From contig NC_091482.1 in the NCBI RefSeq assembly GCF_036971445.1, positions 16,430,001 to 16,494,000 on the forward strand: 64,000 nucleotides of DNA. Reading direction: 5' to 3'. The translations under genes and the position numbers were made by a program. Every line of letters begins with the position of its first letter. The first letter of the stretch is position 1. Below the pieces are notes generated by a model. That model was not told the origin of the DNA. It saw nothing but the letters and a program-made list of their open reading frames with translations, and made no database searches. Source of the DNA: Narcine bancroftii. Taxonomy: Eukaryota. Shown here piece after piece: positions 52,761-64,000 of the stretch.

Positions 52761-54158
52761 TTCACTTACAAGTGACTGAAGCTGCTTTAACCAGACCACT
52801 GTGTGTCAATTTGTTACCGTTCGGGGTGGCCTGCACCTTCCATCTCAGTGAGCTCACTGGAGAGGAATGTGGCATTGTTGGAGGTCCAGACACTATTCAG
52901 TACAGACAAGCTGGGTGGAGACTGTGAGGAGAATCTTTTATGACTTCACTGCCTCAGGGTTTTATAATCCTCCAGTGTGTGTCTCAGCAGGAGCGAGATG
53001 AATCTGATGGTGAGAATTTACTACCTTCCCATGGAATTTTAACCCTGGCATTATTGGCTCTCAACAAATAATGATTTGGGATTTGGATTATCCGTCACTT
53101 CTGGAAAACTTTCCAGTCGAGTTTTGTGAAACTTGGAGGGGAAGGGACACCCATGCACTCAAAGTATCCATAGCCTGAGGCCAGGAGTGTGTCGTGTCTG
53201 GCTTTCTTTGAAACTGGTGCACACAGACTAAGCAACAGTTCATCCTTTGTTGAGAGCAGTGTACTCAAGTTGAGCAGCAGTGTCTGTTACAACTATTTTC
53301 AAGATAAGACCACATGGCACACTTCATTCTTCGCTTCCAATTACCTTTACGGTGTGGGTGGCATTTCTGTGGAGGCTGCACTGTACATTCAGCTCAGATC
53401 TTCCCTTTGGGGTCAAGGATGACGTACTTACACTCCAGTTCTGTGTTGGGGTGATTGACAGGTGCCAGCAAACCTACTAACAAGGACCTTCAGCCGCTGT
53501 CATGGTGTTGCGCAATGTCAGTAGATCATGGTCTCCTTCTGCTGGTGAGTCGGTGGTTCCAAGCATGCAATTTCCTTGATCCATCTTGTGGGAGTCTAAG
53601 CATCTCACCTTGCCTCCACCCTTCACTAGGGAAAAGCTACTGGCTGCAGAGAAGCAGTTACACTTGAGCACGAACCTACTCAAGATTATACAACAGCGTC
53701 GTAACGAGGCACTATGAATGCATCTTTGGTTTCGAGCTCCCTGCTTCTCCAGGTTAAATCCATGGGATGGCTGCACGTGTGTGTGTGTGTGTGCTCATAA
53801 GTCACAACAGGTCTCAATCACCAGAGGGAAACTTAGAGAAGAGATGGGAGAAATATTTTGTGATAATCTAAAATAAACTTCAGAAAAGTAAAGACAAATG
53901 CAAGAGGCATATAAAACTGAAAGATAAAAATTAACTTGTTTATGAAAAGGGAACAGAAAAGTTAATCTTTTGAATCCTTGTCAGAACCCTGTTGGGTCCT
54001 TCAATTTTATCCTTCAACAATAGATGCATTTTCTCCTGATTCCATAGAAAATATCACAGAAACTGCATCGATAATTTAAAAGGTAGTTGCTTGGATGAGA
54101 GAGGTTGAGAAGAAGTATTGAGGATGAGTATGAGAGTTTATTGTCATATACATAAGTA

Positions 54159-54759
54159 CAGGTACTTCCGACTTGTGACCTGTGTGACTTACGTCCATCC
54201 GCACATAACGACCGAAAATTTGTTAAAAAAATAAATAAAAATTGAAAATTCATGTGGTTAATGTTGTATTTGACAAGCTATATCAGGGATAGAGGGCATG
54301 CAAGAGCCAAAATGTACATCCTTACCTTATTAGTTGGTGTCCAGGGGTCAGTAGGCTGGGCTCAGCCATCTTGATTCCTGTGCACATATGCGAGTCTTTG
54401 GTTGGCACCTATGCGATTTGTGTATTGGAATTTGGTTGGCACATGTGCAATAGTTAAGGGCGCAAATTCAATATCATTAGGGCGCAAACCGAACTCCAGT
54501 ACGCGAACCCACTGCGCATTAACCAACCGAAGACTCGCACATGTGCACAAGAATCAAGATGGCTGTGCCCAGCCGACTGACCCCGGGACGCCGACTAACA
54601 AGGTAAGTACGCACATTTTGGCTCTTACATGCCCTGTATCCCTGTTATAGTTTGTCAAATACAACAAAGTATTTTAAAAACTTAATTTTTTTTAACAAAC
54701 GTACACAATTTCAACATATGTCCATTCCAAGAAACGACCAATCCTTTGGGGGATACCTG
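54159..54759. mobile_element. Tigger/pogo-like MITE with ~140-bp internal inverted arms
   Basis: TA|CAGGTA ... TACCTG|TA; arms ~54262-54405 and ~54522-54666. Confidence 0.8.
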
Positions 54760-54879
54760 TAAAATGTACTAATGCACTTAAATTCTTAATGCAGCCACAC
54801 ATGTATGTAAGATACTCAAAAAATATTAGCAGAGGTGAAGTTACCACAATATACAATGAGACTCAAAAAGAGATAAAAA

Positions 54880-55125
54880 GGGTTGCACGGTAAATGTAGC
54901 TGTTAGCGCAATACTGTCACTGTGCCATGATCATAACAACCATCTGTAAGGAGTTTGTATGTTCTCCCTGTGTCTGCGTGGGTTTCCTCTGGGTGCTCCA
55001 GTTTTCTCCCACAGTTCAAAACATACTGAGGGTTGTAGGTCAATTGGGTGTAATTGGGCACCACAGGCTCATGGGCCAAAGTGTCCTGTTAACGTGCTGT
55101 ATGTCTAAATTCCAAACAAAATAAA
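54880..55125 (+). mobile_element. tRNA-derived V-type SINE
   Basis: tctgtaaggagtttgtatgttctccctgtgtctgcgtgggtttcc core; tgctgtatgtctaaa tail. Confidence 0.75.
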
Positions 55126-55869
55126 AGGATAACTAAATAAATATTCACAGTTGCATTTAGAGAGTGCAAAAAAAAGTGATGTTTCAAAGGTGCAGACAGA
55201 TCTTTTGGTTGTCCTGGAGTCATTGATGGTTAGGGTTTGGATAATATGGGGATAGGTTTTGGAAATAAAAACTGTTATTGAATTTAGTGGAGCCAGACTT
55301 CAGCCTTCAGTACCTTGTGCCTGAAGGTAGCGAGAAGAGGTTGTGAGTACGCTGAGCTCAATAAAGATGGGTGACCATCATTTCAGAAGAAAGGAGAAAG
55401 TGTGATGCAGCCTTTTAAATAAGAAAAAAGTGGGGGGGGGGGTGTTTAGGCCTGAACCACACAGGAGGCCCTGCTGACATACAAGGTCTTCCTATCGGGG
55501 TTTGGGTCATTAAGTTCTGGTGAGTTCACATGAATTTTTGAATTTTTTTTCATGGATTCCACTGGAAATGATAATACAAGGCTTATAGTGGGGTGGAACA
55601 GGAGAAGGACCTTGTGTTTCCTCAATTACCTGCTGGTAGTACATGAAAAAACAATTTAGACACGCACCACGGTAACAGGCCATTTTGGCACACAAGTCTG
55701 TGCCGCCCAGTTGACATACAATTAACCTATACCACCCCCTCCCCCTCCCACCGGTACGTTTGGAATGTAGAGTAACAGGAAAATTCCTGCTGGAGGTAAA
55801 CTAGAAATCTGATGTCACGGTCTAGTGCATTGCACAGATGTGCTTCCAAAACCCAGCTCACGCAGCATC

Positions 55870-56590
55870 CATTAGAACGCAAAAGGCAGTCAGCGTTTCA
55901 GGTCTGAGCCCTCTTCAGAAATGCGGAAGATCAGGCGGACACCTGAATAAAGTGGTGGGCGGGGGGGGGAAGGAACACAGGCTAGTGGTTGGTCATTGGG
56001 AGGTCCTTGTTGTTGCAGCAGACAGAGCAAAGGTGCTCAACAAACTGAACTCTCAATATGTGTCCAGTCTCCCCGATGTAGAGGAGGCCACATTGGGAAC
56101 AGCAGATGCAGTGTCCAGATTCACAGGTGAAGTGTTTCTTCACTTGGAAGAAGTGAGTGAGAAGTTGTAAATGTAGGCCACTAGGGTAGGTAACAGGGAA
56201 GAAATTGGTGGGAAAGGATGAGGGACTCACAGCAGAGAGGGGAGCGGCAGTTGTGTGTGTGGTGGTGGAATCCCGGAGATGACCAGAACTGATAAGGATG
56301 GTGAAGGAGTCAGTGGCCTGATGTGTTTTGGTGGGGCCCTGGTCAAGTCGTAAGTGTCTGAGAGCTGTTGTATGGCCGGAAAGATAGAGGACACTGTGCC
56401 AGAGTACAACAGCGCCACCTTTGTCTTTGGGTTTGATGGTGAGATCGGGATTGGTGTGGAGAAAATGGAGGGCAGTGCGTTCCAAGATTAGATTGGAATA
56501 GGCAGAAATCCAGAATGAGGTAGTCAAGAGGAGAAAGGAGGTGAAGGGATCCTCAGAAGGGGTGGTGGAGAATCCTGGTTGAGGAAATAG
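55870..56590 (-). mobile_element. Penelope-like retroelement fragment
   Basis: NPDLTIKPKDKGGAVV (RT) and CSQCGLLYIGETG...RVQFVEHL (GIY-YIG) in ORF 55982..56641. Confidence 0.85.
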
Positions 56591-57292
56591 ACTCAGAGAC
56601 TGAGAAGTAGAGTTCGGAAATATTTGTATTCCATATTTCAACAGAAAACATTATTTGTGTAATTTCCTTTGAGCCAGTTCAATGGTATTAGTAATTCAGA
56701 TATTAGTTATTAATTTTGATTTCCTTGTTTTTGGCAACCCATTCAGTAGCAACCATAATACTGAAGGATCAAGCGCAGCATGTAGAGTAAAACCTTCTAC
56801 CTTATGCCTCGAAGAGCACAATTTCTTGCATCAGTATGAATCAAATTTCCAAACCACTATCCTTAGGAGCAGATCAGTGCTGTGGAATTTGGAATTCAGC
56901 ATTTTTCACCTACATGGGCAGCTTTTTATGGAAATAGGGAGCGGGCAATGCATCTATGGGAAAAGTACCTAAGATTGTAGGAAGAGATTATGTGGGTTCA
57001 AATAGAAGTGGACACTATTCTATTTGAACACACAGTACATTTATATCATGTGAAAATTGGCTCCTGTAGACTGTGGCCTTAGTCCCACTGCTACTTTCAA
57101 GTGCCAGAGGTGATTCACCGAGCCGGAGATTATCTTACAGGAGGAGGTTAGGTAAGTGCTCCTCCTGGCTGGGTTCTCCACTTTCAGGTGACCACCCGAC
57201 AGCCGCATTGGGGTAGAATGTGAAAGTAAGTTATACATGCAATTTTCTATAATTTTTACAATGTCTCTAAAATAAATGTATTTTTATTCAAG

Positions 57293-57358
57293 GTTGAAGA
57301 TTTCCAAGATAATTGTGGTTGGGGACTTGTCAGTGGGAAAGACATGTTTAATCAACCG
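57293..57358 (+). CDS. RAB34: RAB34 coding exon 3 (LKISKIIVVGDLSVGKTCLINR)
   Basis: P-loop GDLSVGKT; aag| and |gtgagt; 66 nt. Confidence 0.96.
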
Positions 57359-57927
57359 GTGAGTATGAATGGGCTAAAATGGACCTATGCCTAACTGTTA
57401 ATATAAGGTCAAGGCTTGAAGCAGAACTAATTATCAGTGGTATGATCTGCACTGATTCACCATCACTGAGTGCATTGCTGGACCTCATCAGAGGGCAGTT
57501 AAATTGCTGTAGGTCTGGAGTCACATTTTATTCAGATTAGTAAAGGATGACAGATTTCTTTCCCTAAAGGACTTTAATGAATAAGTTTTTATTTATGCTA
57601 ATCCTGTACTTCTACAAATTAATATTAGAGAAGAAAATTTTTAAAACTGCAGACATTGAAAATCTGCAATCTAATTGTGTTGATAAAACAAATGTTTTTT
57701 TTGCCCCCCCCCCCCCCACCCCGCCCCTCAAAAACTGTGCAGTGTAACAATTAATTAATTCCCTGGCCGCTTTGTTGGGATTGTTACTAATTTTTCTGAG
57801 TTGCTGGACTCGTAACTAAACCGCAACAGCTTCACTCTCTCTGTACCCTGCTGCTTTTGCCTGTCCTGATCAAGTGTGGGGTGATGTCTGTTTCATTTCT
57901 CTGCTATTTTCTCCATTTTCCCTTCAG

Positions 57928-58029
57928 TTTCTGTAAGGATGTCTTTGACAAGAATTACAAGGCTACTATCGGAGTGGATTTTGAGATGGAACGGTTTGAA
58001 GTACTAGGAGTCCCCTTCAGTTTGCAATT
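57928..58029 (+). CDS. RAB34: RAB34 coding exon 4 (FCKDVFDKNYKATIGVDFEMERFEVLGVPFSLQL)
   Basis: Rab switch I TIGVDF; cttcag| and |gtacgt; 102 nt. Confidence 0.97.
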
Positions 58030-58644
58030 GTACGTACACGGCTGAATCTGTGAAGTACAGATATTGAGCCATAAATACTGTTACATGTATTTATTCTGGT
58101 CTATCACGGGGATTTAATAACATATACTGATGTTGTAGCACATTTAAATAAAGTCTGGTGAAACAACATTTACAGGAAAGACAACATTTAATATAGATAG
58201 ATGTGAAATGATGCATTTTGGAAGGAAAAATAGTACAATAATGTACTGGTTGGGTCCTATAGCAGAGACATCTGGGATTGTGCTTCCACTAATCTTTGAA
58301 CGTGAAGGGTAAAATTGGTAAGCCTATTTAAAAAGGCATGTGGATTTATTGACTTCATGCATAGAAGGTAACCACAATACCTTGGGAAAACAAAAACCAA
58401 GGAAGAGTACAGCACAGGGACAGGCCCTTCAGCCCATAATGTCTGCACTAAACATGATGCCAAATTAAAATCAAATTCTGCCATTTACTTATGATCCATA
58501 TCTATCCATCTCTGTATATTTATGTGTCAGTCTAGAACATCCCTCACTATGTCTGGCAGCTACCACTTCCTGGGTTTAAAAAATTTGCCCAACACATCTC
58601 CTTTAAACTACCCAACCTCCTTCTCCTTAAACATTTTTCCTTTA

Positions 58645-58995
58645 AGCTGCTTTCAGGTGCTCGGACGCAGATAATGTGGCAGCAAACGCGGCTGGGGGAG
58701 TGCAGCTGGGATGTTCAGGTGGCCGCAGAGAAGATGCCTTCTGTCACCTGAACGTACCAGCTGAAGGAGAGCTGCGTCCGAGCGAGCGCTGGCTCCTGTG
58801 GACTGTGGCCTTAGTCCCACTGCTGCTTTCAGGTACCACAGTTGATTCTCCGAGCCGGAGATTATACCTACAGGAGGAGGGTTAGGTAAGTGCTCCTCCT
58901 GCTGGGTTCTCCACTTTCAGGTGGCCACCCGACAGCCGCATTGGGGTAGAATAGGCGGCTTTACAGTTGGGTATTCTGGCCACCTGAAAGCGGCT
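58645..58995. mobile_element. PIF/Harbinger-type MITE inside a - strand CR1 fragment (~58400-59390)
   Basis: TIRs AGCTGCTTTCAGGTG ... CACCTGAAAGCGGCT; TSD TTA. Confidence 0.8.
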
Positions 58996-59739
58996 TTAGT
59001 GTGTGGCATTTTTACCCTGGGAAAATGTTCTGACTGTTCCCCCCCCCTCCCCAGCTTCACATTAACTTATATACTTCTATTAAGTCTCCCCTCAGCCTCT
59101 GACATTCCAGAGAAAGCAACCCAAGTTTTTCTAACCTCTCTTATAGCTCATGCCCTCTAATCCAGGCATTATCTTGGTAATCCCTTTTTTACCCTTTCCA
59201 AAGTCTCTACATACTTCCTGCAATGGGGCAATCAGAATTGCACACAATACTCCAAGTGCAGCCTAACCAAAGATTTATGTAGCTGCACCATGACTTCCCA
59301 TCTCTTATACTCTATGCTCCAGTCAATGAAAGCAGTCACACCATGTGCCTTTTATACCAGTCTATCTACATGCATGGCCACTTTCAAGAACCTGTGGGCT
59401 CAGACCCCCCCCACATGACAGAAAAGATGCAAAAGAGATTGACTGGAATGAGAAGAGCGAGGTTAAACTTTAGTAATGAAGAGAATGATGTGATATTATC
59501 CTTTAGTGGAGACATATGGAGGCATTCAAAATTATTAGGGGTTTAGATAAAGCACAGGGGAACATATATTTTCACTTACAGGAGAATCAGCAATCAGAGA
59601 GGTTTGTTTTAATTACTGGAGAGATAACAAGCAGAAACATCATCACTTAATAGTTTCCAATCCCTGTGATCAAACAGAATACATTCAGACAGGTGAACCT
59701 GCTTGGATTTTAACCTTCGTACCCTTCATTTAATATATT

Positions 59740-59866
59740 CCGTATGTATTAATGTGTGTGTAGGTATATACAGAATGTGTGTGCACTGTATGTGTAAATA
59801 AATACATGTACGTGTATATATGTATGTGTATACAGACACACACACACACATCTATATATATGTGTG
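59740..59866. repeat. Compound (TG)/(TA)/(CA) microsatellite
   Basis: Alternating purine-pyrimidine tract. Confidence 0.8.
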
Positions 59867-61555
59867 TTAATAGTTTTATTAGTATTCAATGATTATTGAT
59901 CTGTATTAATAACCACTGATCAATACTTACTGATCCTGATGTAGTGACCCTTGATCAAGAGACATTGGTCAATGCATTGATGCTCAATATTCATATTCAG
60001 TGATTTTAAAAAATCAGTATTTGGGAAATCGTATTAATGACCTCTGAGCAAAAAAATTGTTAATAGGAAATGTTGACAGGAAATGTCTTGCTTTGAATGC
60101 AGGATTGGGTTCAAATTGAATGAATTTGTGGTTAGAGGAAGCTGGCAATGTTTGTAAAAGGCTGTTTAGTTGTTGACAGGATCATTCTAGCATATTCTTG
60201 GCAACTCACTGATAGCAAAAAAAAGAAAAGAATGCAATTTTGAAAAAGAGAATGAAGTAAAAGGGTAGATCTGAATTTCAATAGTGTATGGAACACTTTT
60301 TAATTTTTAAAACGATAACAAATGTATGAACCAATACTCCTGTGTCGATAAAGCATCTAAGATTCTGGCCATTTATATGTTAAATTTGAAGTGAGTGATA
60401 CCTACACTAAAGATGTGTTTTTATGAGTCGCCTGTTTAAGGAGAATAAGGTACCAGCGTCACAGAAGGGCCCTGAGAAAAGTCAGACATGTTGATCTACT
60501 GTAAGGTGGTAAGCAAAGCTTGTTAGAAAGATAAAGAAACCTTATTCCAAGGTAAGTTATAGAAACAGAATCCTACCAGGTAGAAATAAATATTTAAAGT
60601 TACTCTGACTGAGAGTTGGGTGTAGCATATAATCGGAACATAGGAGTAGGATTGGATGTGCAGTCCCAGTTTTGAATACTGTAGAGATTTCAACTTACAG
60701 TGAGTTCGCCCTTTGGTGGGAGAGCATTCAAACTGCAGCATGTCCAGGTAAAGAGGCACTGCCATGATGAACGCGTTCGTCTGACCCTTATCAACACTGC
60801 AATACTGAACACGAATTGTAAACATCGTTTACAATGTATGCCTCTTCTTCAGTCCAGGCTCTTCCCAAGGAATGACTGGATGACTGTTTCACTGGGAATA
60901 TTATTTATATTTGACATCCTTTTGTGGAGCTCTCTCACTCAGACCAGGAATAGTGGAGCAGTAAAGGTTGCTAGATTTGGCATTAGGGTAGGTGGGCTCG
61001 GGCCATGGATGTGGGGAAGAGAGGTTTGCTGAAGCCTCACTGTTACAGAAATACCAGACATGAAACAAGAAAGAGCACCCCAAATGCAGAAAGGAAACTT
61101 ATTGGTCTGTGTTGTCACTGAGGTCCATTACATGTTGCAGATAGGGTTAGATTGGTGCTGTGCTAACTCTGTGGCCTTTGTTCATTGCTTTTTGGTTTGC
61201 ATAGAGGATTAATCTGAGATTCTGGTGAATTTCAGATCGGAAAGCAAAGGTTAAAGGGCATGATCTAATTAAAAGGTGGAACGTGCTCAAAGATTCAAAT
61301 GGCAACTTCAATTTCAAAGTCGCCTGTCGACATTTTTCCATATCTTGATGAAGGCCTCGAGCCCGAAACGTCGGTTATGTATTTTTACCTTTGCTATATA
61401 AAGGACACTGCTTGACCTCCAGCGTTGTGTTTTAACAGGTATTTTAAAATAGCTGGATATGAATTATGGAATCAAGACAATGTGAAGGTATATTAAATGT
61501 AGCAAAATCTGTTACACTGAAATAAATCTAATTATCTCCATATATTCTCCATTAG

Positions 61556-61620
61556 GTGGGACACAGCAGGTCAGGAGAGATTCAAGTGTATCGCATCAAC
61601 CTACTACAGAGGTGCTCAAG
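61556..61620 (+). CDS. RAB34: RAB34 coding exon 5 (WDTAGQERFKCIASTYYRGAQ); gene continues beyond the window
   Basis: G3 motif WDTAGQE and YYRGA; attag| and |gtacc; 65 nt. Confidence 0.97.
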
Positions 61621-62901
61621 GTACCGGTACATTTTATTTTCATTGTGAAATGTAGTTTTATCTGGCTTTTCCTTAGCCAGAAGGTTCACCTGTGAAGCCT
61701 ATGATGTACACCTAGTACAGTATAGAGGGGTATTGCTTTATTGGTTGTTACTGCCGGATTTTCAACTCAGGCCCGGTCTGCTAGTTCATTGAAGATCTTC
61801 CAGCGCTGCTTGCTGAAGAGAGTGAAATCTCCAGTATCCAGCAATTTTGTAGAAATGTAGCTCATCTCATTTGCTCTTAGAGTGATATATTTATCTGCAT
61901 AATATTAGTCGACTTCCACAAAATGTTCTTTGTCAGGTAACTTGAGATATTCCAATACAACTAGGAGTTAGTACAAATAGAAGTGTTTTTATTTGCAATA
62001 TGGTCTAAGTTTGGCTTTGTTTTCAACCAGGGACCCTGAATTTAGCAGACTAATCGACTCCCAGAATCCTGAATCTGTGTTTGATGAAGAATGAGCTCCC
62101 ATCACCCACTCCCATCCTATAACCTGTTTTCCTGTTAGACTTTCCCACGCTCCCATCCACACCCTCCACAAAGGTGAAGCACCTAAGGCAACAGCCCAGA
62201 ACTTGCAGCTCGTGGTGAGGCAGTGATGCTTCCCACTGCTTTAGGGAAAATGTACCCCAGGGAGACTTGGTCACCTCTGAGGCATGAACTTCCCATTTTC
62301 CAATGGCTGCAGCTGGCAGTTCAAAGGTTTGCTTTTCTGTCCATCAGCTGTAATGTTCTGAAGCTTGGATGTGTAGCCAGTCACATCAAAGAATTTTTAA
62401 AAATTTTACAGACAGGGAAAGCAATTTTAGTGACATTATTTGTATATTATACCGAGTGATCTTATTATATTCATTTCAGGCAATCCAATACACATACATA
62501 AAAGTTGACTTTATAGGACAGTTTGCAAATGTGGCTGAGTGTACCATTAAAACTCCCTTAGAATTAAATTATTTTACTGGGGGTTAATTTGTACATCTAT
62601 AATATTCACACTGGTTCAAGGGTTTTTAGTGGTTTTGCAATGGAAATTGCTGCATTGTTTCACTGACTGGAACTTTGTGGTTTCTGATGTCGTACATGAA
62701 TGAAAGTCCCGAAGCAGTTGTCAGTGGGATGGAGCAAAGACCCATCCACTCCCTGCCATTGCATTTGGTAAATCAGGGCCACCAAGTGAATGAAAGAGTT
62801 GTGGGTGGTTTGTGAGATGAAGTCATGACCATTTGGGAGCTTGTATGCTGAATTCTGACCGTTTCTGATCATGTTAAGAGAGTAAGAATGGGCCAACTTA
62901 A

Positions 62902-63160
62902 GGCAGCACGGTTGCCATAGAGGTTAGCACAACACCTTTACAGCGCCAGCGATTGGGACCGGACCTTGGTTCGAATCCTGCGCTGTCTGTAAGGAGCTTG
63001 TACATTCTCCCTGTGTCTGCGTGGGTTTTCTCTGGGGCTGCGGTTTTCTCCCACCGTTAAAAAAATGTACTGGGGTGTAGGTTAATGGGGTGCATGAAGT
63101 TGTAAGGGCGAATTGGCCTGTTACAGAGCTATATGTCTAAATATTTTTAAAAATTAAAAA
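62902..63160 (+). mobile_element. tRNA-derived V-type SINE
   Basis: ggcagcacggtt head, B box ggttcgaatcc, core and tail. Confidence 0.85.
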
Positions 63161-63399
63161 TGTGAAACAACCCTACCACTAATGTCGCTCAGAAAGCAAC
63201 AATCTAAACTTAGAAGATGCTTTCTTGTTTGGCTGAGCCTTTTAACAGTTCTTGAATCAATAGTGCATTGCCATAATGATCCGAACCCAGGTCTAATGCC
63301 AGGAGCAGTCCAAATGAGAAGAGAACGTGAAGCTCAAGAGCTGTAAAATATACCATGGGTATTATTTTGAAGAAGAATATTTATTTCTAGCAAGCAATT

Positions 63400-63790
63400 C
63401 ACAGAGGTGCTAGAGAAACTCAACAGATCACGTGGCAGCATCTCTAGGAACTAAAAGGTGACCAATGTTTCGGGTCTGAGCCTTTCGTCGAGGTATGAAC
63501 AAACACCAGGCAGGCACCTGAAGAGAAAGGTGGGGAGGAAGGGGCACAGGGTTACATAGGTGGATATAGGTAGGAGGGTAGAAGAGGATAAAGCTGAGGT
63601 GAGACGTGAAGAGCGGGATGGGAAGGGGTGGGAAGATGGAGGAAAGGAGACAGGGATAGGGAAAGAGAGCGGCTTGGAGGAGGGGTTTAACAGAAACTGG
63701 AGAAGTCGATGTTAATGCCGTCTGTTTGGAGAATGTCCAGATGGAATATTAGGTGGTGTTCCTCCAATTTGCGAGTAGCCTCAGTTTGGT
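63400..63790 (-). mobile_element. Penelope-like 3' fragment
   Basis: gctagagaaactca...tctgagccctt motif, purine tract, gagaagtcgatgttaatgcc (GINIDFS on - strand). Confidence 0.7.
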
Positions 63791-64000
63791 AGTTGCATCC
63801 AGGCCCTTAATTTTCTCCAGTTATCTAATCATTCACACATTTTAGGAACTTGCTATCCACATGTTGACAGTGGCATTCCCTACATAAACAATTACATTTC
63901 ACAAGTGCTTTACTGGAGCGTGAGGGAGATTGGAGAAATGCACAACTTTACTCACAAGAAGAGAATATGCAGCACCATCATGTGGTGGGGAAATAATTGA

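Noticed and set aside
62902-62985. tRNA gene
   Set aside because: tRNA-like head of a SINE with A/B boxes but no complete cloverleaf

Overview
AT-rich, repeat-dense vertebrate genomic DNA. The repeat mix (V-type tRNA SINEs, CR1, Rex1/Babar, RTE, Penelope and L1 fragments) suggests a cartilaginous fish, probably a ray; this is inference only. Three spliced genes were assembled by hand. MRM1 (- strand) has 5 coding exons, 431 aa, plus a probable non-coding first exon at a CpG-rich promoter near 21.5 kb. RPL23A (- strand) has 5 exons, 155 aa, a 5'TOP start and three intronic C/D snoRNAs (two SNORD4, one SNORD42). RAB34 (+ strand) has its first 5 coding exons here and runs off the window. Between RPL23A and RAB34 is a full-length decayed EEF1A retrocopy with poly(A) and target-site duplication, inserted in a Rex1 LINE. 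Other content: a Chapaev3-like transposon remnant, hAT/Harbinger/Tigger-type MITEs, internally deleted L1s, a 47-bp minisatellite and a 137-N gap. The most unusual signals are: a 12-nt exact complement of the SNORD42 guide in RPL23A intron 4 (a possible snoRNA-host splicing switch), two locally templated insertions, a junction-spanning uORF in MRM1, and a MITE hairpin with one-sided CpG decay. All coordinates were counted by eye and no database searches were run.
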